Part shown: in pieces, positions 55,689-64,000 of the stretch
How positions within the stretch are numbered: position 1 is the first letter of the stretch
Layout: every line of letters starts with the position of its first letter
Source: Hyaloraphidium curvatum SAG 235-1
Lineage: Eukaryota; Fungi; Monoblepharomycota
Assembly: GCA_025558095.1 (NCBI GenBank)
Contig: JAIVFI010000024.1
Coordinates: 124,001-188,000, forward strand
Direction of reading: 5' to 3'
Length of the DNA stretch: 64,000 nt
The notes under the pieces: generated by a model
Databases searched by the model: none
What the model saw: the letters and a program-made list of their open reading frames with translations, nothing else
What the model was told of the DNA's origin: nothing
Translations under genes and position numbers: made by a program

Positions 55689-57131
55689 ATGAGTTTGCGG
55701 CAGAGTGCTGCCTTCCTGGCCTTCCCTCTTGTGGTCGGCAGTCTTCTCGTCTTCGGGACGACGATGTACGGGAGTCCGGGGGCCATTGTACGCGTCAATG
55801 GATACAAGGAGCCAATTGCTTTTGGCGAAGCCGCGCTTTCGGGTGATCCGGCCGTCACGGAAGACCTGGCGCTCCCCGAATGGCGCGATGCCCTGGCTTT
55901 GGACCCTCTGCTAGAGCCTGCTTTACGCGGCGCTTCGGATCCGGACGCTGCTTTGGATCGCAAGCCGTTCTGCACCGGTGGACCAGGTGCGGCGACGTAT
56001 CAGACGGATGCGTGCGGAATCATGCGGGCCGGGAGCCGGAGGTTAAAGGCGTGGCGGGACAGGGTCTGGAACGAGAGGGCAGCGTACGCAAAGCGGAAAC
56101 ACCCGCGCTGTCCCAAGTCTCCGTCGGACCCGCTCAGGATCGGCTATGTCCATGGACGACCGTGGTGGCGAGGCACCGGGCTGGAGAACTTCACAGGTTG
56201 CCCTGTCCCTTGTGCTTTCCGGTTCATCGAGGATCCTGAAGATGAGGGCGTCGACTTGGTCATGGACGACGACTTTGGAATCTGGGGAGGCAATCGCTCC
56301 AATCTGTCCTCGAAAGACGGGAGAATACGAGCCCTCTACATGAGCGAGACGCATAGCCCTGGAGGGATGGACGATGGCGTGCTCGAATCCACTGACATCC
56401 TTGCGAGCTACGATCGCGTGTCTGACGTCGTGTTTCTTGATTCGTTCGTTTGCCCAAGTGGCCTATCTTGCCTCAGGCCAGCCCCGGCGGCGGAAGAACT
56501 GCACAGGGGAAAGAGAAAGTTTGCGGCGTCGTTCGTCTCCAAATGCGGTGCTGGCAGCAGGGAGTCGCAGGGCGTCATTCGCAGGGAGCTTATGCTCGAT
56601 CTCGATCGGGAACTCGCGATCATTTCCAACGCCACGGGGCGCCCAAGGCTGGAAGTCGATCATTACGGCAAATGTTTGTATAGCCCGGATCTGGACATGC
56701 TCGCGATGGCGAACGCCTCCAAGGTCCGGGGCGGTCCCGCTGGCGAGAAGCTGTTTCTGTCCACTCGCTACAAGTTCGTTCTGGCCTTCGAAAACAGCGT
56801 TCGCAGGGACTACCTGACCGAGAAGCCGTTCGATGCCCTCCGCGCAGGGGCGGTGCCGGTGTACTACGGCTCTCCGTCCGCCAGGGACTTCCTACCTCCA
56901 GGATCGTACGTCGACGTACTCGACTTCCGGTCGGCAAAGGAACTGGCTGCGCACCTTGCCGCGCTGGACGCGGACGACGATGCTTTCCTAGCGCATTTCG
57001 CTTGGCGAGCAACCGACTATAAGCCGCGGACGCCGCTGGGCTTCTCCCTCATGGAGAGGGGAGAAAGGAACTTCCTGTGCAGGACGTGCGGCGTGGCACT
57101 AAAGGTGTACTGCAGAGCGGAGGGAACGTGA
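55689..57131 (+). CDS. GT10 alpha-1,3/4-fucosyltransferase, type II membrane protein, intronless
   Basis: FVSKC, VDHYGKC, YKFVLAFENSVRRDYLTEK, GAVPVYYG, YVDVLDF. Confidence 0.9.
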   Translation: MSLRQSAAFLAFPLVVGSLLVFGTTMYGSPGAIVRVNGYKEPIAFGEAALSGDPAVTEDLALPEWRDALALDPLLEPALRGASDPDAALDRKPFCTGGPGAATYQTDACGIMRAGSRRLKAWRDRVWNERAAYAKRKHPRCPKSPSDPLRIGYVHGRPWWRGTGLENFTGCPVPCAFRFIEDPEDEGVDLVMDDDFGIWGGNRSNLSSKDGRIRALYMSETHSPGGMDDGVLESTDILASYDRVSDVVFLDSFVCPSGLSCLRPAPAAEELHRGKRKFAASFVSKCGAGSRESQGVIRRELMLDLDRELAIISNATGRPRLEVDHYGKCLYSPDLDMLAMANASKVRGGPAGEKLFLSTRYKFVLAFENSVRRDYLTEKPFDALRAGAVPVYYGSPSARDFLPPGSYVDVLDFRSAKELAAHLAALDADDDAFLAHFAWRATDYKPRTPLGFSLMERGERNFLCRTCGVALKVYCRAEGT

Positions 57132-57229
57132 CTGTTGGTAGACGGAGCTTGATGTAGCATGGTTGCAGCTTCGTGTTCGATTACGTTACAGTATGCTCGA
57201 GTGGTATCCATCCCCGCCATAAGATCCGA

Positions 57230-60200
57230 TCACCGTCCGCCGGCAGCCTGGACAAGATTCCGCACGTACGCCGCGTCCTCCTCGGGCGTTTTTGCGAGGA
57301 CCGCTTGGAACTGCGCGTTGCAACCGCGTTAGCCCGTACTCGCCAGCCGCAACATCGAAAGTCTCACCTTTGCCGGCTCTCTTGCCGCCACGCCGGCCAT
57401 CTCCGCGGCAAAGTACGCCTTCGGGTCCGCGACGTCGGCCACCGGATCCTTCTTCGTCTTGCCTACAGTCGCCAGCCGAGCGAACGAGGCCTGGTAACCC
57501 CCGGCCTCTTCCGCCTCGAACCGCGCCAGCTCCTCGTCCAGGTCGCCGCCCGAATCGCGCTGCGCGACCGGGACCTCGAGCATCGAGGCCAGCGAGGAAA
57601 AGAGCGCGGGCCACAGGCCCAGGTAGGGTTCCTCGAGCATGGGCGGGCACCGCGACATGAGCGTCGTCATGGCGACCTCGGCCGCCTTGCGTTCCTCCAC
57701 GTTGACGACCTCGCGGAGGTGGGGTATGAGGACGCCCTGCATGACGCCGTGGAACAGGCTGCAGGGGTGCTCGCTATCAGCAATCCCCCCGCACACCAAG
57801 AGGACGGAACCCACTTGGGCTGGAGGGCATCAAAAGCAGCCAACATCTCCGTCGGCCCGAACCCGGGCTTCTTCATGTTGACGAGCAGGCAGACAAAGTT
57901 GAGGAAGCCCTGGACGTATCGCGCCGTCTTGCTGGTCTGCAGCCGCGTCAGCATGAGCGCAAAGATGTTCTTGAGGAAGGGCTGGAGCGCCTCGCTGCCA
58001 ATCCGACCGTGAGCAAACGAGAAACAGGTCGCTAGATCCGCAAACCCACGTCGGGACGTTCCAGAAGATTTCGCTCAGCAGGTCGAACCCGTACACGTCG
58101 TTGACCTTGCTCGCGATGAGCTTCTGGAAGATGCCCAGGAACGGCGGCAGCTGGTTCCGCTGCACGATGCCCGCGGCGCCCTTTTCCAGGTAGGCGCTCA
58201 GGAGGCCCACCAGGGCGGGCACGTTGCCCCCGGCTTCCCACAGGGCGGGGGTGAGGAGGGGCGGGAGCATGGCGAGGTAGTCCTCGGGGACGGTGACGTT
58301 GAAGGAGAGGAGCTGCGAGAGGATCTGGAAGACGTAGGGCATGAACTCTGTGGAAGGGAAAGCCAGCGTCAGCGACACGCTTCAGGGGAAGAGAGAGCGC
58401 CACGTACCTTGCACGTCGTTCGCCAGCACCTCTCTGAAGGGCGGGAACAGCAGCTCCTGGAACTGCGCGACCGCGGCCGGGTTCCCTGGGCAGATGTACC
58501 GCACGAGAGCGCCTAGGGTCTCGAAAGCGTAGTGGTTGAACTTGGGGTTGCTGGGGTTGCGCGAAATGGCCGAGATGATCTGGGTGACCTTGGCGATCAC
58601 GTCCGAGGCGAGGGGGATGAGGTCCGTGCGGGAGGTGATGACGACGCGGAGCACGCCTGCCAGAAGGTTGTTAGAAAGAAGCTTGCGAGGCAAGGAGGCG
58701 ACCTACATTTCATCAGCACGTCGTTCTCGGCCAGCTTCTCCGGCGTCTGTCCGCGGTCGATCAGCCCGAACAGCTTGGTCAGGAGCGGTCCAGCCAGCCC
58801 CGAGATGTCGGCCGCCCCGAACCTGCCGAGCAATATAAGCATCAGATGTCCCGTCACGCTGCGCACCAGCAACCTACATCAGCTTCCCCGTCCCCCCGCT
58901 CTCCCGCATCGCCAGCACCTTCTCCGCCACCCACGCCGCATACGAATACACCACCACGTCCCTGCTCCCCAGGTGCTCCACCAGCAGCGGCAGCAGCTCC
59001 AGCAAGACGGGCCTGCCGACGTGCCCGCGGAACACGCCGACGTACTTGAGCGCCCCGGCCTTGATCAGCGGGTGCGTGGCAGGGTCGTCGGGGGGGGTGC
59101 GGAGGTCCGGGAGGACGGTGGAGTGGAGGACCTCGAGGAAGGGGAGGGAGGGGTTGACGCGGGTGGCGCCGGCCTGTGGTATGGCGCGACGGGTCGTCAG
59201 GTTGCCGTGCTCAAGGTTCTGGCGCGCGAAACCCACCCTCTCGCTCACGGCCCGCGCCCCAAGCGCCATGATCAGGTACATCGCCGTGTCCTTCTCCATC
59301 CAGTTGTTCTTCCTGTCCGCCTCGTACTTCTGCAGGCACGCCGTGACGAAGCCCCCGCAGACCTCGGTCACGCGCTGCTCAAAGTGCTCCATGAGCCCGC
59401 GGACGAGCTCCGTCGCGGCGCGCCGCCGCGAGTCGGCGTCGGTGCCCTCGACCTCGCGGCGGAAGTACGCCAGCGGCTCCTCCTGGAACTCGGAGACGTC
59501 CGAGGCGCGGAGGGTGATGTTGGGGAGGACGACGAGGGAGCAGATCTGCTGCAGGGTCTCGGGGGCGGCGAAGAGAGCAGAGTGCCGCGCGGGGCGGGCG
59601 ACCGAGGTGAGGAAGTTGATGGCCTTGGACACGAGCTGCACACGGGGCGGAGGATCAGGGAAGTGCCCGCGCGCAACGGAGGGTACCAGACGCACATTAT
59701 CGTACTTGACGCTCCGCCCGACGGTCGTCAGCAGGCCCCACACGTCCCCCACGAACGCCTCCAGCTGCGGAAAGTCCTCCTCGTACCGCCTCGCGTACAG
59801 GTCGATGTTTTCGCACACGGCCGTGCGGCACTTTGTCACCGGATCCTCGTCCTCGTCCTCGTCGTCCTCGTCCGGCGGCGGCCCCTCCAGCGCCGGGTTC
59901 GTGTAGAGCAGGAAGCGGCGGTGCAGGCGCATGAACTCGGGCATGTTGTTCTCGAAGAATTCGGGGAGGTCCTGGCAGTTGAGGTCCCAGAAGATCTGGA
60001 GGAGGAGGAGCAGGGCGTCGAAGAGGGTCTTGAGGAAGGCGAGGGGGGGGTTCGAGTCCACGGTGCGCTCCAGGGACTGGAAGAGGGCCAGGTAGGGCTC
60101 GGCAAAGTTCTGGAGGACGTGCTTGATCTCGAGGAAGAGGGCGTCGGTGCGGACCTGCGCCCTCCATCTGTGCGACACGCCCCGGAGCACTGTCAGCCGC

Positions 60201-60763
60201 ATTACCTCTGACGAGGTCCGGCCAACTGCACCTCGCAAACACCCCGTGAGCGGTCCTGAGCACGCCCACGTTGGCCTCCCACGTCTTCTGGTCCGCCGCG
60301 TCCCCCAGCTTGGCCACCAACCCGGGCACCAACCCCGGCCAGTGCTCCGGAAAGTCCGCGTCCGCGGCGATCGCCACCGACTCGGACAGCTGCACCTGCA
60401 GGTTTGCCGGCACCCCCGCCATCACGTCGATGATGCGCGCCTTGATCTCCTCCCTGTCCGCGCGCGGGATGCCGGCGTCGCCGTGGGCGTAGTGCTTCCG
60501 GAGCAGGTTCTTGAAGTACAGGACGGCGGCGTGCCGCACGGTGGGGGACGTCGAGGGGTGCGAGAGGAGCGCGACGAGACAGAGGGAGAAGCCGGGGGAG
60601 AGCTCGGCGGAGGCGAGCGAGGCCTCGGCTGTCCAAGTGAAAGCGAGTGAGCTGGGCTTAAATCGGGGCGGGGGAGCGGCCCACCCTGCTTGCGCGCGGC
60701 GGGGTCCAGCGTCTGCGAGAGGAGGCCCGCGAGCACGGCGAGGTTCTGCTCGGTGGGCTCCAT
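57230..60763 (-). CDS. CSE1: Exportin-2 / importin-alpha re-exporter, multi-exon
   Basis: DFPEHWPGL, DLNCQDLPEFFE, SRRRAATELVRGL, NWMEKD, ENDVLMK, NPSNPKFNHYAFE, EFMPYVFQI, GNVPALV. Confidence 0.95.
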
Positions 60764-61671
60764 CCCTGCCGCGGCTGCGCGTCGTCAGCTTCGGCCGCGT
60801 TCGGCGCGCGTCCCGTGCCCACCGGCCATCCTGCGCTCTCAGTCTCTAGCCGGCGCTAAGCGATCGAGCCGCGATCCCACACGAATTCAATTCGCGCGTG
60901 CGGCGCCGCGGGCGCGCGTGGGGCGGGCAGTCCGCGCCGGCGGTCCCGCGGGTGGGCGGACGCGGGTCCACACGCGACACGGGAAGGCGGCGCCGCGGAG
61001 CTCGAGATCCAGGCAGCGAGGGCCGCGGAGGCTGCCCCGACGGACGCGAGGAGATCGCCCGCGAGGTTCAAGTGGTTCGAAGGCTTTTAGCGAATATGCT
61101 AGGACCGTTGGAAGACTACGAAAATCGACTAAGCTTCCGCGCGGCCAAAAGCGGGTGCCGCAGCTTGAAGCAAGCGAACTATCGTGAGACGTTGCAACAC
61201 GGGTGGATTAGGGGGACCTGAAGGGCTGAGCGGGTTCGCGGACCGGGATGGGCGCGGGTCAGATTTGGCGGCGGCAGGCAAGTTCTTGGCCATCGAAGGC
61301 CCGACTCCACGGGCCAGACCGTCGCCAGAACTGCGTGCAGCACCTCCACTTCGATAGTTGGCTCGTTTTCCGAGGCGCAGGGGGCAAATTTGGTGCTCAG
61401 ATGGGGCTCAGACGGCCACCAGAGGCTTCCAAGGCCTCGTGCTCGTCGCGCTCCTGCAGGGCTGCTGGCCAAAAGCCGAGCAGCACGCCGTTCAAACAGC
61501 TGCGAGCTGCGGGTTTCGGAGATGCAAGGGGAGGCGCATCGGTGCAAGTTATTGTTGGCGCCCAGGCCGCCGGAGCTGTGCGGAAGAATTCGCGCTGTGC
61601 GGCCAAGCTTGAGGCGCAGCCATCGGCCACACCCGACGCGTCTCCGCAGACGGCTGCTCCACGCGGCCACT

Positions 61672-61678
61672 TATATAA
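61672..61678 (+). promoter_or_regulatory. Candidate TATA box
   Basis: TATATAA about 60 bp upstream of the ATG at 61733, in GC-rich surroundings. Confidence 0.55.
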
Positions 61679-61732
61679 GAATGGGACCCCGCGCAGCCGA
61701 CACCCCATCGATACCACCGATTCCCAGCCACC

Positions 61733-64000
61733 ATGAAAGTCAGCCTCTGCCTCGCCGCGCTCGCCGCGCTCCTCGCCCAGACCTCCGCCGCGCCCCTCCT
61801 CCGCCGGGTCCCGCGCCCGCCGCAGGAGCTGTCGACGGAGGGCGTCACGGCCGTCGGCTGCGACAACGCGTCGCCGCCGTCGCTGGCGTGCCCCGCCGGC
61901 CGCGTCATCCAGGTGCAGCACGCATTCTGGGGCCGCGACGTGCCGATGGGCGCCGATCCCTCGACGTGCCCCGGCAACCCGACGACGTTCCCGCCCGGCG
62001 GCTGCTCGCTGGCCGCCAACGACGCGGCCGCGCTGACCGCGTGGGTCGCCGGGCTGTGCGACGGCAAGCAGTCCTGTTCGGGCCTGCCCGGCCAGTGGGA
62101 CCTGCTCGCCGTGTTCGACGACCCGTGCGTCAACGTCGTCAAGCGCTCCGTCGTCACGTACGCGTGCCGTGACGCGACCCTGGACGCCCCCGCCATCCCG
62201 GCCGCCGTGCCCACGGCGACACCCTGCGCCTGGCCAAGCCTGCAACCATCGTCGCACCCAAATGCCCCAAGTTCAGCGCCGCAACCACCTCGGCCATCAA
62301 CAGCGCCTACGGCCTGCGCCAGCAGTTCAGCCCCTCGAGCGCGCCCTTTGGCAGCGTCGCGCTGTTCGTCGCCGACCTGGCCAGCACGGACCTCGACGCC
62401 GCCGTGCGCTCCGTCACGGGCGGCGCCTACTCCCTCGACACCGTCTCCTCCCTAAACATCACCGCCTTCAACTTCGACCTGGGCAACACCACCGTCGTCC
62501 TGGCCCGCAACAACACCGGGTTCACCACCCTGCGCATCTCGGCCTTCAACATCATCTCGGCCGGGGGCGCGCTCGACGTCCGCTCGCAGGGGCCCGACGC
62601 TTCGGGACGCTTCGGCCCGGACATCACCGTGCACGCCGTGCGCACCTTTGGTCCGGTCAACATCATGCAGAACGGGCTGCCCGCGGCCTACAAGCCGGTC
62701 GCCACCGGTAACCTGAACTACACCGGTAGGGTCGGCTTCCTTTCTCTCTGAGATGCCTACTCACTCTGTTTGCCTCTTCAGACTACCAGGACACTCCTGG
62801 GGTCAACGACGACCTCCTCAAGCTCTTCCCCGCGGACGAGTGGGAGTGCTCCAGCGATCCCACCGCGTTCCGGCCCATCTGCTACCCCGCCGGCGCCGTG
62901 ACGAGCTGCAACGGCCCCGCCAACACTCCCTTCCAGTGCTGGGCGCCCTTCACCTACTCCGACTACTTCGGGCAGTCGATCGCGAACCCGGGCCAGAACG
63001 ACGGGCTCAACGTGATCAGGATGCAGACGGACCGCTTCGTTTTCCCCGAGTTCAACACCACGCTCCCGCACCAGGCCAACGCCCCCGTGCCGGGCAAATC
63101 GGCGCTGTACGGGTCCATCGAGTCCTCGGCCCGGGCCTTCTTCGCGAGGGACGGCCGGCACGGTTCCGCTGTCGCTTCCCCCAACGCCTTCGGCATCATG
63201 GGCACCGCTGACTGTGAGCGAGACATCCGCAGCGCATGGGTGTGGCTTTCCTGACCCTTGCCCCCCCCCCCCCCCCACACAGACTCGATCAGCCTGCTCC
63301 GCAACCCCTCGACCGTCGCCTGGATCGAGAACTACTTCGGCAACTCCCCCCCCAACGGGCTCGCCGTCGAGCAGATCCTAGGCCTGTTCTGGCTCATGGG
63401 CGGCCCCGGCTCGGCTCTGTCGAAGCAGGCGCCCATGTACCTCGGCTGCGGCGGCGGCTACGAGGACCCCACGCGGTGCTGGTTCCTCAAGGCCTCGGAG
63501 TTTGCCCTCGGCAACGGCGTCGGCGGCGATTTTTTCAACCCCAACTGGCAGGGCATCTCGGGCACCGTCAGCAACAGCATCCCCGCCGCGGACCCCTCGG
63601 CCCCCGTGGACCCGATCCTCTCCCGCTTCGTCGCTGGATGCGCGGGCGAGATGGTCTCTGCCGGGCGCTTCTCTGACGCCCAGGCCTTCCTCGCCGACGC
63701 CCTCCCTGCGATCGCCGGCTCCGCCGACCCCTCCGCCAACCGCGCCTTCACCATCCTCGCCAACCTCCGCACCGCCCGCAAGGACAGCGCCGTGCGCGCG
63801 GTCCCCTTCCTCTCCGCCGCCACGCTGGAGCAGGCCGTGGAGCTGGAGCTCGGCGCCATGGCCAGCCTCGAGGGCAACCTGACTTCGCTGGCGGACCGCT
63901 CGACGACCGCCGCGGCGGCGCTCACCCTGCTGGCGGCATCCAACGCCACGATTCAGGCGGCCGTGGACTCCGCGTCGACGGAGCTGCAGGGGGACATCAA
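61733..64000 (+). CDS. Large secreted protein with an N-terminal SUEL/rhamnose-galactose-binding lectin domain; partial, apparent frameshift near 62228-62230
   Basis: Signal peptide, then LACPAGRVIQVQHAFWGR...CDGKQSC...FDDPCVNVVKRSVVTYAC. Coding-like codon usage then continues in another frame, through two introns, and runs off the window. Confidence 0.72.

Noticed and set aside
17319-60211. Numerous long overlapping or antisense ORFs (e.g. 17319-18689, 22172-24127, 43135-45150, 58532-60211)
   Set aside because: These are Arg/Pro/Ala-rich shadow frames, expected from high GC and the codon bias of the real genes.
60898-61736. ORFs between CSE1 and the lectin gene
   Set aside because: No convincing start, splice structure or recognisable domain. 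They may be a decayed fragment, but I cannot support that.
63261-63276. 16-nt poly-C tract
   Set aside because: It lies in an intron's pyrimidine tract, with no evidence of another role.
1-64000. Genome-wide reassignment of TAG to an amino acid
   Set aside because: TAG is the evident terminator of many genes here (chitinase, acyltransferase, GBP, ABCG, TatD, FkbM, SUMO, EFHC1). Only two internal TAGs were seen.

Overview
Gene-dense, GC-rich eukaryotic genomic DNA with many short (~50-110 nt) GT-AG introns. It carries fungal markers (CBM18-GH18 chitinase, neutral trehalase) together with ciliary genes (EFHC1/Rib72, TMEM138), so it most likely comes from a zoosporic, chytrid-grade fungus (inference). 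I reconstructed about 29 protein-coding genes by eye; exon boundaries are manual. Positions 35-61 kb are mostly housekeeping: IF1-like, ABCG, TatD, FkbM, NTH1, CFT1, SUMO, TMEM138, EFHC1, GT10 and CSE1. Positions ~10-35 kb look accessory and hold the main candidates. (i) A head-to-head pair: a secreted V8-type pseudo-protease (catalytic Ser->Ala) with a near-identical EGF tandem array, P-domain and YfaP-like domains, and a single-pass non-RD receptor kinase with its own EGF/STIG1-like repeat ectodomain. (ii) A paralogous receptor kinase with an in-frame TAG. (iii) Three bacterial-like genes (SagB-type nitroreductase, GST, beta-helix protein) bracketed by two inverted copies of a ~270-bp element. 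(iv) A GBP-like GTPase divergent from a 105-aa orphan across a GGTCTCAAC motif cluster. Four otherwise largely intact genes carry single-base lesions (two TAGs, two frameshifts).
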